Position numbers and translations under genes: made by a program
The notes under the pieces: generated by a model
What the model was told of the DNA's origin: nothing
Seen by the model: the letters and a program-made list of their open reading frames with translations, nothing else
Databases searched by the model: none
IMG/VR virus record: IMGVR_UViG_3300032797_000052
Coordinates: 1 to 59,888 of that record
Length of the DNA: 59,888 nt
Strand: one strand, 5' to 3'
Source: a virus
Taxonomy: Duplodnaviria > Caudoviricetes
Shown: positions 1-9,027 of the stretch, in pieces
Layout: every line of letters begins with the position of its first letter
How positions within the stretch are numbered: the stretch's first letter is position 1

Positions 1-108
1 AGCCGCCCAATCATCTACTGTATTATGAGTATCGAATTCACTTCCCCACAATGTATTTTGATAATCTCTTTCCTTGTTAATAGCCTCAAAAATTTGTTGT
101 CTATCCAT
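1..108 (-). CDS. partial ORF (runs off window), MazG-like nucleotide pyrophosphohydrolase N-terminus
   Basis: Manual translation MDRQQIFEAINKERDYQNTLWGSEFDTHNTVDDWAA resembles the phage MazG-like I..ER.RQ...WG....H....W pattern. Confidence 0.45.
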   Translation of the reverse strand, partial: MDRQQIFEAINKERDYQNTLWGSEFDTHNTVDDWAA

Positions 109-109
109 T

Positions 110-478
110 TTAAAACTCCGTTTCCTTTAGATTATATTGTTGTGCTCTCCAAACAGAAATCATATCTCTCATTACTTGGAATAAATTTTTAGATTTCTCA
201 AGTTCTCCAGTCTTTACAGCTATAGCTTCAAATAGTCTAGTAAGTCTATGTCTAGTATCATCATCATAACCAGTTTTATGATAAGTTGCCTCGATAAAAT
301 TAAATGCAGGTGGTTTATCTCCCTTAAAAAATGCAGAATCAGTTGTGACCTTAACAGTAATATCTGCTAGTAATACATCACGTTCATCCTTTAACATAAT
401 CAGACCTTTATTAAGATAACCTATTTCTTCCGCTAATTTAAACATATCATCAAAATCCGGCAAACGAATCGTATCCAT
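110..478 (-). CDS. hypothetical protein
   Basis: 122 aa ORF tightly coupled to neighbours, RBS AGGAG. Confidence 0.7.
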   Translation of the reverse strand: MDTIRLPDFDDMFKLAEEIGYLNKGLIMLKDERDVLLADITVKVTTDSAFFKGDKPPAFNFIEATYHKTGYDDDTRHRLTRLFEAIAVKTGELEKSKNLFQVMRDMISVWRAQQYNLKETEF

Positions 479-873
479 TATCTTTCTCCTTTCTTATGTG
501 GACAAACTCCACCAAATCGTATAGCATTATTGCAATTATAGCAAAGAATTCTATATAAATCAGGTCTATATTCCTTCATGGCTATTTGATAAGCCAGCCT
601 GCCAGTTTTTTTTATCCTGGTCCCTTTTTGTCCATTAATATGATCTATAGTTAAGAATTCAATAAATATTTCTCCGCAGCAATTACATTTATTTCCGTAC
701 ATTAATAAAAATTGTTCCCTTATTTTTTGATTACGTTCTTTATCATGATCTTTATTATATTGTCTTTTATGTACTCTACATTTATCAGGATTATTCTTCT
801 GCCATTTTTTAGAGCGAAGTATTATCTTGCTTCTATTATTCTTATAATATTTCTTCTGAGAGGCGCTACCCAT
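478..873 (-). CDS. HNH endonuclease
   Basis: CNCCGE...LTIDHING...RILCYNCN motif with basic N-terminus. Confidence 0.85.
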   Translation of the reverse strand: MGSASQKKYYKNNRSKIILRSKKWQKNNPDKCRVHKRQYNKDHDKERNQKIREQFLLMYGNKCNCCGEIFIEFLTIDHINGQKGTRIKKTGRLAYQIAMKEYRPDLYRILCYNCNNAIRFGGVCPHKKGER

Positions 874-1321
874 TTTTCTCCTCCCATTTATCTAGTAAAT
901 TTTTTATATTTATATATTTTTCTACATTATTAAAACATTTTTCCAATGAAAAAATTTCGGGACAAAAAGTAGTTACACCATTTAATTTAAGTTTCATATC
1001 CTGCACTGTCATGCCTTCTTTATAAATAACTAGAGGATCGAAATCTAATGTTGAATCCATACAATACATTCCCCATATCTTTGCTACTCTTCTGATCTCA
1101 TATGGAGAAATGTTTAAATATTGAGATATATATCCTACCTCATATCCTCTAGCAAGCATTTCTAACAGTTGAATATCAGAAAGAATCCAAATAACACAGG
1201 GTTCTATATTCCCTTTTGCAGACAAGTATGCAACAATAACATCCCATAAAGTAGCATCTTCATTAAGATTATAGATTCTTGTTGCTATTTCATTCAATTC
1301 TTTATCAGCTATTTTTAGCAT
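866..1321 (-). CDS. hypothetical protein with possible helix-turn-helix
   Basis: LEMLARGYEVGYISQYLNISPYEIRR is HTH-like; overlaps both neighbours. Confidence 0.55.
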   Translation of the reverse strand: MLKIADKELNEIATRIYNLNEDATLWDVIVAYLSAKGNIEPCVIWILSDIQLLEMLARGYEVGYISQYLNISPYEIRRVAKIWGMYCMDSTLDFDPLVIYKEGMTVQDMKLKLNGVTTFCPEIFSLEKCFNNVEKYINIKNLLDKWEEKNG

Positions 1322-1745
1322 TTTCTAATTTCTCCACCATTTCTACATTTTCATCATATAGTTTCTCTACATATTTTAATAAATCAAACCATGCTTGAAA
1401 ATCTAAAGCCATAAAATATCTCACACCTTCTCTAGCACCATCAAATTTTATAATTACACAAGGAATATTGCTAAAATTTTCCTCTGCCTCTTTTCTAATC
1501 TTATCAAACCATTCCTTGTGGATAGTCATATCTTTTCCACCATAACCTACTTTACACTCTCCCCTAAAAACGAAAGGAATAAATTCATATCTTCCTATCA
1601 AATCTCCAGTAAGATGCGGAATTTCTACAATCGTTCCTATAGCTCCAGACCCAGGTATTCGTTTCCAAGTATCAGGGAACATATTATTCAATTGATCTCT
1701 TGCATCATATTCCCATCTCTTACCCTTCTGTTTGCTGTTTGGCAT
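1305..1745 (-). CDS. Hjc-type (PD-(D/E)XK) Holliday junction resolvase
   Basis: SKQKGKRWE...RIPGSGA...GDL...ECK motifs; start moved to an ATG after GGAG. Confidence 0.75.
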   Translation of the reverse strand: MPNSKQKGKRWEYDARDQLNNMFPDTWKRIPGSGAIGTIVEIPHLTGDLIGRYEFIPFVFRGECKVGYGGKDMTIHKEWFDKIRKEAEENFSNIPCVIIKFDGAREGVRYFMALDFQAWFDLLKYVEKLYDENVEMVEKLENAKNS

Positions 1746-3066
1746 CATCATCTCCAAATTTAAAGATTTTATTTCTATCATCTACTATACTAACAATTTC
1801 TTTATTAAACATTAAATTATAAATACCAATAGGTCCATTTCTTTGTTTAAGTATGCAGAATTCAATCCTTCCATCTGATTCAGGATTTTTATTATATACT
1901 TCATCTCTATATAAACCTATTACTATGTCAGCATCCTCTTCCAGATTTCCACTTTGTCGTAAATCGGAGAGAATTGGATGTTTATCTTCTCTTGATTCTA
2001 ATAGTCTATTTAACTGAGATGCTACAATCGTAGTAAGATTCAGATCAACTGATAGAAGTTTAAACATTCTAGAAATCCTACCAAGTTCTGCCGTCTGATC
2101 TCCATCCCTTTCAGCCAAGAGTTGAACATAATCAACTCCAACTATTTTAATATCATGTAATCTTTTATATTTTCTTATGACTCCTGTTACATAATTAATA
2201 TCGCCAAAAATATTTGAGTCAATATAGAATGGTAATTTCTTTAGACGATTATATGAACGCTTTAATTTTCGTAATGCTGTATCATCAAGGCGACCATATC
2301 TTATATTTGAGTATGGTATTCTTGTATCCATAGCCAACAATCTTTCAATAAGGTCTTGGTTTGACATCTCTCTATTGATTAAAAGAGATGGTTGATCTGC
2401 CTCTGCTGATGATTTTAGCATAGATAACAGAGTTGTAGTCTTTCCCATTGATGGTCTGGAACCTATAATCCATTCTGTTCCAGGCGTCATTCCTCCTGTT
2501 GCCTCATCAAGCGTTGGCAAACCAGTTGTAATACCACTGATACCAGGAGTTTCTGTTCTTTTTTGAATCTTGTCAAATGTAACATTCAGGATTTCATCAA
2601 GAGAGTGAATTCCATTTTGTAATCCAGAACCGCTAAGATTATCTATCATCTGTTTCATATTTCCAATGATACTATCAATATCAGAAGTGTTCTGTACAGT
2701 AGCAGGAAGATTAGCTGCTAGATTAAGTAATGTTCTCCCCTTATAAGCATCTCCTAAAGCTTTCAAATATAAATCAAAAGACTTTTCTTCTGTCTCCATA
2801 TTGGAAAGCATATCAATATAATCGGGACCACCAGTTTTATCGTGTAATTTATGTTGTTCAATATAAATCTTTAAATTACTTGGACTAAGAGATACATTAT
2901 CTTTCACAAGTCCAGTCATAGAATTATAAATTGCTCCATGAATTGATGCACTAAACATTTCTCCTCGAATAGAATCCATTATACTAAAAATTCTATCGGG
3001 TGTTTTCAAAAGTAATGCAAGTATAGTTAATTCTGTGTCGTGATTAAATAATTGATTTTCTGGCAT
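1720..3066 (-). CDS. dnaB: replicative DNA helicase DnaB
   Basis: GSRPSMGKT Walker A, EMS, VDYVQL, SQLNR, LSDLRQSGNLEEDAD, KQRNGP. Confidence 0.95.
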   Translation of the reverse strand: MPENQLFNHDTELTILALLLKTPDRIFSIMDSIRGEMFSASIHGAIYNSMTGLVKDNVSLSPSNLKIYIEQHKLHDKTGGPDYIDMLSNMETEEKSFDLYLKALGDAYKGRTLLNLAANLPATVQNTSDIDSIIGNMKQMIDNLSGSGLQNGIHSLDEILNVTFDKIQKRTETPGISGITTGLPTLDEATGGMTPGTEWIIGSRPSMGKTTTLLSMLKSSAEADQPSLLINREMSNQDLIERLLAMDTRIPYSNIRYGRLDDTALRKLKRSYNRLKKLPFYIDSNIFGDINYVTGVIRKYKRLHDIKIVGVDYVQLLAERDGDQTAELGRISRMFKLLSVDLNLTTIVASQLNRLLESREDKHPILSDLRQSGNLEEDADIVIGLYRDEVYNKNPESDGRIEFCILKQRNGPIGIYNLMFNKEIVSIVDDRNKIFKFGDDDAKQQTEG

Positions 3067-3184
3067 TCTTTCTCCTAGCACGTTTATTTATAATATCTCT
3101 AATAGTAAATACAGACTTACCAGATACTCTCATCCGATTTCTTTTCTTTTCTAATTTATTCTCACGCCGTTCCCATCTACTCAT
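3044..3184 (-). CDS. small highly basic protein (46 aa)
   Basis: Manual ORF MSRWERRENKLEKKRNRMRVSGK... with GAGGAG RBS. Confidence 0.5.
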   Translation of the reverse strand: MSRWERRENKLEKKRNRMRVSGKSVFTIRDIINKRARRKNARKSII

Positions 3185-3302
3185 TTATCTCCTCGTTGAA
3201 TATAAGAATATAAAAAGGACCAAAACAAATTCTTGTCCAATATTCGTGTTCACTTATGGACCATTTCCATCCTAACCATACTCCAAACAAAATTCTTCTC
3301 AT
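3177..3302 (-). CDS. small hypothetical protein (41 aa)
   Basis: Manual ORF MRRILFGVWLGWKWSISEHEYW..., overlaps the next start. Confidence 0.4.
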   Translation of the reverse strand: MRRILFGVWLGWKWSISEHEYWTRICFGPFYILIFNEEINE

Positions 3303-3315
3303 TTTATTTCCTATA

Positions 3316-3393
3316 GAGTGGGGTAGGGATTTGCACCCATTTCCGCTGTAGGAGCCTCATAGAGGACTATAACGCCTGTTACGCTCCCACCCA
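3316..3393 (-). ncRNA. tRNA-like element (degenerate)
   Basis: 7-bp acceptor GGGTGGG/CCCACTC and T-loop GGG-TGCAAAT-CCC; non-canonical anticodon arm. Confidence 0.45.
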
Positions 3394-3395
3394 TT

Positions 3396-4274
3396 TTACT
3401 CTTCTGTTTCTGCTCCCTCAACACCCTCTATATCATCACCAAAGATTGCCTTCACTCTATCACTGACATCTGCTAACGAACCTTGTACTTCCTCAGCAAC
3501 TTCTGTTTCTGCCTCAGCCTTACGTTTCGCAAAGATGTCTGTAATAGATACTCCCTTGGTAACATCAATCATCTCATCTGCGGTTAATTGCATTCCTACA
3601 GATGATAGAACATATCTATCAAGGTTATTCTTCTCAATAATAGAAGTAACATCGTCATTGAATTGGGTCATAGGCATAGCCATAATAGTCATATCTTTTC
3701 CTGCTCCCTTGGTTGAAAGTTTAATATCAAAGGATGTTATTCCTCCTTTAACAACTTCGTTTCCAGTAGTAGGATCAATACTAAGATCAACAGTTTCACT
3801 ATGAATCATGGCTAATTGTTCAAACAATTCTCTACCACGTTCCAAAATTTTGATTGTATTAGATGGTTCAGGATCAATTCCCACTAGACATCTTTCACCA
3901 TCAGAAGTTGTAGTAGGGAATTTACCCTTAACTGCATAATACTCTTCTCCAGTTTCAGGGTCTTTAATGACTGGAGTTCTATCTAAAATATTTACCAAAT
4001 AGCGTCTGCTTCTATTGTAAAAACCTTTTGATTTCTTGTATGAATCTGGAAATTCTCTACGAAGCTCATCATTATGTAAACAGAGTGGACAAAGTTCTCC
4101 AATACATAACAGACTAGCATTAGCTTTTTGAATCCAGTGCTTTTCTACTGAATGAGCGGATTCATCTAGAATTCTAACTAAAACTGGACTACCTTCCTTG
4201 AAACGAAGATACTTTGGTCTAGTAAAATTAACATCTCCACTAGATTTATCTGGAAATTCTACAAATGGTTTCAT
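3396..4274 (-). CDS. single-stranded DNA-binding protein, T4 gp32-like
   Basis: VRIL...KHW...C...CPLC Zn site, acidic C-terminal tail, located next to RecA and DnaB. Confidence 0.75.
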   Translation of the reverse strand: MKPFVEFPDKSSGDVNFTRPKYLRFKEGSPVLVRILDESAHSVEKHWIQKANASLLCIGELCPLCLHNDELRREFPDSYKKSKGFYNRSRRYLVNILDRTPVIKDPETGEEYYAVKGKFPTTTSDGERCLVGIDPEPSNTIKILERGRELFEQLAMIHSETVDLSIDPTTGNEVVKGGITSFDIKLSTKGAGKDMTIMAMPMTQFNDDVTSIIEKNNLDRYVLSSVGMQLTADEMIDVTKGVSITDIFAKRKAEAETEVAEEVQGSLADVSDRVKAIFGDDIEGVEGAETEE

Positions 4275-4588
4275 TTTATTTCTCCTGTAGGCTTTTCATT
4301 TGCCATATTACTACTAATGAGTTCTTTAATGGACTTCATAGTTGAGCCTTTCATTTCTTCTAGAAGTGCTAAAGAATCTTCAAGTGATATTTCTCCCAAC
4401 TCTTTATTAATCTTTTGATATCTTCTATATTGAGATTCCACAGACAACAATAACATATAATAAATATTATTTATAACCTCCTCATTAAGAGCAAGATACT
4501 CTGGAATATCCTCTATCTCATCTGTTATCTTGATATTCTTAAACTGTCCCAAAAAAAATGTTCGTTCAACCTTAGCCAACCTATTCAT
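4271..4588 (-). CDS. hypothetical protein
   Basis: ORF from ATG 4588 with GGAGG RBS, overlaps both neighbours. Confidence 0.65.
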   Translation of the reverse strand: MNRLAKVERTFFLGQFKNIKITDEIEDIPEYLALNEEVINNIYYMLLLSVESQYRRYQKINKELGEISLEDSLALLEEMKGSTMKSIKELISSNMANEKPTGEIK

Positions 4589-5594
4589 CCACTTCCTCCT
4601 CCTCTGTAATTTTTGTCTTAATACCAACGATATTATAGCACTCTTTTACAATTTTGTCAAGTAGTTCTTTATCCTCCGCTAATCTAGCTAAAGCTTTTAC
4701 ATCTCCAAGTCCGAGTAATTCAGTACCAAAAGCTTTATAGGGACCTTTTGGTATTACTACCCCTAACATTGTAGAAAACTCTAGTAAATCTCTCGGATAA
4801 TCAATTCCTACTCCCCAAATAATAGGAAATCTTGCTTCCCTATGAGGAGGACCTATTTTATTCTTTTTGATTACAAATTTACTCCAATTACCAAATGCCG
4901 TACTCTTATCACTCTTCTTAGCTAATATATCTTCTGCATGAGTAAGCATAATCGTTAATGATGAGTAATGTTTTATTGCATATCCACCTGGAGTTTCCCA
5001 AGTCTTTATATATGCACCAATATTGGCTCTCACTTGATTCAGAAAGATAAATAAAATATTATTTGTTCTAACATCATATGCATTTCTACGCAAAAATTGT
5101 GTTGATAGTCTAGCAACTAAAGCAACATTAGAATCTCCAAAATCATCCTCTAATTCTTTCTCTGGTGCCAAAGCTCCTACTGAATCAAAAATTATAATTG
5201 AAAATTCATTACTATTAATTGCTTCTTCAGCAATATTAAATGCTTGTTCTGCTGTCTTTGGTTTTGCCACAACAAAATTATTATTAGATGCCAAATCTCC
5301 AAGAATTGATTGAATTAAACTATTATCCAAAGTTTGTTCAATATCTATAAATAGAACTCTTTTACCCTGTAGTAAAGCTTGTTTACTTACAGACAAAGAT
5401 AGAGTAGTTTTCCCACTTGAATCAGGACCAAAGATACTAATAAATCTACCAAGTGGGAAACCTCCAACTCCAGTAGATGCATCTAGAGATATGGAACCTG
5501 TACTGATAACATCAGTCACATCTGATGTTGATGTAAAAACTTTCTCTCCAAACTTTTCTCTAATAGCATCTAAAAATGATTTTTCTTTAGTCAT
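4581..5594 (-). CDS. recA: RecA recombinase
   Basis: STGSISLD, GPDSSGKTT, DSVGAL, NQVR, TPGG, KNK motifs. Confidence 0.95.
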   Translation of the reverse strand: MTKEKSFLDAIREKFGEKVFTSTSDVTDVISTGSISLDASTGVGGFPLGRFISIFGPDSSGKTTLSLSVSKQALLQGKRVLFIDIEQTLDNSLIQSILGDLASNNNFVVAKPKTAEQAFNIAEEAINSNEFSIIIFDSVGALAPEKELEDDFGDSNVALVARLSTQFLRRNAYDVRTNNILFIFLNQVRANIGAYIKTWETPGGYAIKHYSSLTIMLTHAEDILAKKSDKSTAFGNWSKFVIKKNKIGPPHREARFPIIWGVGIDYPRDLLEFSTMLGVVIPKGPYKAFGTELLGLGDVKALARLAEDKELLDKIVKECYNIVGIKTKITEEEEVDE

Positions 5595-5676
5595 TTATTA
5601 CTAGACCTCCCACTAAAATAACCAATAGCAGCGCAAATCACACAGGCTATAAAAGTTATAAACCATTCTGAGAATA

Positions 5677-5877
5677 TCATCTATTTGTCTCCTTAATAGT
5701 TTCCCACCAATTAGGTTTGCACTTACAAGTCGAATTCATTGATCTTTTGATCCACTCTTCTTCTGATATTAATTCCTTAAACCAAGAGTAATTAAAATTA
5801 AGACGATTCCAACCATCAGGATCAATAACTATTATTTCAGAATGCTCTCGTTGCCACTCTGCACTAGTTTTTAACAT
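5677..5877 (-). CDS. hypothetical protein
   Basis: 66 aa, IDPDGWNR, AAGGAG RBS. Confidence 0.6.
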   Translation of the reverse strand: MLKTSAEWQREHSEIIVIDPDGWNRLNFNYSWFKELISEEEWIKRSMNSTCKCKPNWWETIKETNR

Positions 5878-5879
5878 GT

Positions 5880-7814
5880 TTACTCCTTAGTCCAACATGA
5901 TGCTGTGGTTACTTTTACATCTACTGGAAGGGTTTTGATAAAAGTCTTTGCTGCTAAAATCATTTGATTTCTAACAAATTCTGCCGCATCTTTTGATATA
6001 TCCTTTTTTGCTAAAAGAATAATTTCATCATGAACTGTCATAATAAGTTTTAAAGATTTACCAAAAGGATTATCATAATAAATATTACACATTGCAAGTT
6101 TAGTTATATCAGCAGATGAACCTTGAATTACATGATTAAATCCTTCACGATATATTCTATATAAATATTTCCAATCTTTTTGTGTCCATTGAGCAGGAAT
6201 TATAAACCATCTTTTTCTTCCTAATAAAGTAGAAGAGTATCCTAGTTCTATAATTTTTTGATGCACAGCTTTCATAAATGTTGCCAAAATAGGATATGTA
6301 TTATTAAACGTCTCAATATATTTTTTAGCTTCGTCATCTGATACACTAAAATTATAAGCAATTCCTCTAGGAGAACTTCCATAAAGCATGGCAAAATTCA
6401 TACTCTTGCCTTTTGTATATTGTTCTACTGTTAATTGATCTACTGGAATACCACCATGAATACTGGATGCTGTGATTCCATGTAAACTAATGCCATCCCT
6501 CATAGCTCTAACCATAGTAGGGTCTTGACTTATTTCTGCTGCAAGAACCAATTCAATTTGAGTGTAATCGCCAGATAGCATATCCCAACCATCAGGAGCA
6601 ATGAAACAATTTCTATATTCAGAATTTTTTGGAATGTTTTGTAAATCAGGATTAAATGATGCATATCTTCCTGTTGCTGTTCCTCCCTGATGAAACTCTG
6701 AATGAAGTCTATGAGTTTTTTGGTTTATTTTATCAATAAAGTTTTTTCCAAAAGATGTAATTTTTTTAACCCATTCACGATATTCAGTCAGAAGTTTAGC
6801 AAAATCTATATCTTTGAAATCTTTCTTTAATTCTTTTGATGACGTTGTTTCAGATTGAATTCCTAGTTTATGAAGTAATCTTAGCATTTGTCTGTTACTG
6901 TCAGGATTAAAGTTTTTTTGAAATTCTACTAATATGTCATCTAAATTTTGAACAGATTCAAGATAGGCTATATTTTTTTTAGTTCCCTTATATGTAACAT
7001 AATAATAATCCAAAAGTTCTCTAGCATTTGAAAATTTCTTTTTATCCATTCTGGATTTTATTTCAATTACAACCACAGAATCAATTTCATTTTTGAGTTC
7101 ATTAGCATGTTGTTCAGCAACCTTAGATAAACTGTCCCATTTATTTACATCTAATAGAACTCCCTCGTGTTCCATTTCAACTGTGACCGGAAGTAGCTTC
7201 ATTTCTAGATTTATCACCGGAATTAATTTCCTTTTAGAAATCTTTTCCTCTTGAGCTTTATATAAAGGTTTTAGATATATAACATCTCTAATACAATAAT
7301 CAATTATATCAGGAGTAATTATAATATTAGGTTTGTTTATAAAATCTTTTCTTATTTCTTTGTCTATAGTAATGTTTAAATAATTTTTTAGTAAATCCTG
7401 ATATGAATAAAAAGCTTTATGCACTGACCTATTAGTAGTTTTACTAGTTTCCCCAATACCAGCATTAATAATGGTTTCAGCTAGCATAGTATCATAGATA
7501 TTCTTAAATATAATACCATATTTTTCAAGAATAAATTCTATATCAAATTTAATATTATGTCCTATAAGAAATTTATTTTCCAGTAGAGATAATATATAGA
7601 TAATATGATTTTTACTTATAGTTCTAACATCATACAGATAAACTATATTATCAAAACTAAACTGGATTAGAATAATATCATCTTTAAAATAATCAAGCCC
7701 ACTAGTTTCGATATCAAATTGGACTAATTTACCCAATTTTAATTTCAATATAGGTTCAATTGTTTTATAGAAAGAATCTTCGCTTGCTATGAATCTAATA
7801 TCAAGTTCATTCAT
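5880..7814 (-). CDS. family A DNA polymerase with 3'-5' exonuclease
   Basis: Exo DIET, GHNIKFD, YCIRD; TGR..S.NPDLQNIP; motif A DYTQIE; motif B KSMNFAMLYG; motif C VHDE; AGGAGG RBS before ATG 7814. Confidence 0.95.
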   Translation of the reverse strand: MNELDIRFIASEDSFYKTIEPILKLKLGKLVQFDIETSGLDYFKDDIILIQFSFDNIVYLYDVRTISKNHIIYILSLLENKFLIGHNIKFDIEFILEKYGIIFKNIYDTMLAETIINAGIGETSKTTNRSVHKAFYSYQDLLKNYLNITIDKEIRKDFINKPNIIITPDIIDYCIRDVIYLKPLYKAQEEKISKRKLIPVINLEMKLLPVTVEMEHEGVLLDVNKWDSLSKVAEQHANELKNEIDSVVVIEIKSRMDKKKFSNARELLDYYYVTYKGTKKNIAYLESVQNLDDILVEFQKNFNPDSNRQMLRLLHKLGIQSETTSSKELKKDFKDIDFAKLLTEYREWVKKITSFGKNFIDKINQKTHRLHSEFHQGGTATGRYASFNPDLQNIPKNSEYRNCFIAPDGWDMLSGDYTQIELVLAAEISQDPTMVRAMRDGISLHGITASSIHGGIPVDQLTVEQYTKGKSMNFAMLYGSSPRGIAYNFSVSDDEAKKYIETFNNTYPILATFMKAVHQKIIELGYSSTLLGRKRWFIIPAQWTQKDWKYLYRIYREGFNHVIQGSSADITKLAMCNIYYDNPFGKSLKLIMTVHDEIILLAKKDISKDAAEFVRNQMILAAKTFIKTLPVDVKVTTASCWTKE

Positions 7815-7840
7815 AGAACCTCCTATTTCCATTTTTAGAT

Positions 7841-7883
7841 ATTATACCATAGTTTTTCAGTTTGTCAATAGATCAAATGTTCT
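7841..7883 (-). promoter_or_regulatory. sigma70-type promoter for the replication operon with LexA-like box
   Basis: TTGACA-16-TATAAT with extended -10 TG; AGAACATTTGATCT immediately upstream of -35. Confidence 0.8.
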
Positions 7884-7970
7884 AATTTATCAAATTTAAA
7901 AAAAAATGTGAAGACCCCCTTTAAGATCTTTAACTCTTAAGAGTGTTAAAGAGGTAGATTCTAGATTAAA

Positions 7971-8037
7971 CGGCTTTATATAAAGCCTTATATAAAGCCG
8001 TATATAGGAGCTTTATATAAAGACATATATAAAGCCC
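7971..8037. repeat. iteron-like array, candidate replication origin
   Basis: TATATAAAG units at 7977, 7989, 8001 (degenerate), 8014 and 8026; perfect palindrome GGCTTTATATAAAGCC at 7972-7987. Confidence 0.7.
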
Positions 8038-8060
8038 ATAGAATCAGATAATATAGATAA

Positions 8061-8270
8061 TTAATCTCCCATAAATCTGTAATTATCTAAAGGTGTCCAT
8101 TCATCAGGATTAGTCTCAATCATACAACCACTCCAAAGACCCCAATGATGATCCATTCCTATATTAACTGTTTGAGCATTGCATGTAACTACGTCTAACG
8201 CAATAAAACCTCCAAAAAGACATGCCAAAACTAAAACAGTAACAAGAATCATAACTAAACTTTCGTCCAT
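8061..8270 (-). CDS. small membrane protein
   Basis: N-terminal hydrophobic helix, AAGGAGG RBS. Confidence 0.7.
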   Translation of the reverse strand: MDESLVMILVTVLVLACLFGGFIALDVVTCNAQTVNIGMDHHWGLWSGCMIETNPDEWTPLDNYRFMGD

Positions 8271-8289
8271 AGTATCCTCCTTAGATTTT

Positions 8290-8402
8290 AGGTTGGGCAG
8301 ACCAGCTTTCCTACTGGCTTGTTGTCGGCAGTTGCAGGCGGACGGACCACTATCTGTTATCTGCCCGTATCATAAGGGAGTATCTCACCTTCTGCCCAAC
8401 CT
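8290..8402 (-). ncRNA. structured RNA / 5' leader candidate
   Basis: 12-bp closing stem starting at the predicted TSS, three internal hairpins. Confidence 0.55.
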
Positions 8403-8409
8403 TGACCAA

Positions 8410-8482
8410 AGTATACTCCCATTTTGAAGTTTGTCAACTAGAACATCTGTGCTATTGACAAACCTTGAAACCATGCTATAAT
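8410..8482. promoter_or_regulatory. back-to-back sigma70 promoters flanking a LexA-like box
   Basis: Minus: TTGACA(8437-32)-16-TATACT. Plus: TTGACA(8455-60)-16-TATAAT. AGAACATCTGTGCT at 8440-8453 lies between them. Confidence 0.8.
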
Positions 8483-8503
8483 ACAACCAAAAGGAGGCCG
8501 ACG

Positions 8504-8929
8504 ATGACTGAGATGTTACTGTTGAGCAAACGTATCTTCTCCCTGATTGCGGAGTATAACGTCAACCCTCCGCCGCCGTTCTTCGTGGCGCACTCTGCTT
8601 GTCGGGCGCAGGCGTCGCGCTATCACGACGCGGCGATGGCGATTGTCCTGCCCATTGAGGACATGGAGAGGTGCATCGAGAACCTGGGGGACATATTGGA
8701 GACCTACGCTTACCGCTACGAAAAGATGGAAGATACCAAGGACGGCTACAAGGCGCTGTACGCAGATGCCCTCGCCCGCATCGAGGCGCTGGAGAAGGAT
8801 TATCACGAACTCATCTATGCCGTCGCCACAAAGTATGAGGGAGAGACAAGGCACCAAACAGCACTCCGCTACATCACAGAACGCGAGATGGGTGGCCTGA
8901 CTGCCGCCCTCGCAAAGGAGAAGCCATGA
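8504..8929 (+). CDS. hypothetical protein (GC-rich, coiled-coil C-terminus)
   Basis: AGGAGG RBS then ATG 8504; first gene after the promoter. Confidence 0.7.
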   Translation: MTEMLLLSKRIFSLIAEYNVNPPPPFFVAHSACRAQASRYHDAAMAIVLPIEDMERCIENLGDILETYAYRYEKMEDTKDGYKALYADALARIEALEKDYHELIYAVATKYEGETRHQTALRYITEREMGGLTAALAKEKP

Positions 8930-9027
8930 CTGAGACGGCGGTCGCCGTAATATTCTTTGTACTCGCCACTATCTTGATGATTGCGATGTTCATTGGATCA
9001 GACTGCGGTGGGGGGATGTGTCCATGA

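Noticed and set aside
478-873. HNH as part of an intron or intein
   Set aside because: Free-standing and coupled to different flanking genes; no split gene evident
3345-3370. Amber suppressor tRNA / TAG recoding
   Set aside because: The CTA-containing loop is non-canonical. Genes are intact in code 11, and TAG acts as a true stop directly before starts (19840, 47176)
8290-8402. MITE with 12-bp terminal inverted repeats
   Set aside because: No target-site duplication or second copy; the start coincides with a predicted TSS
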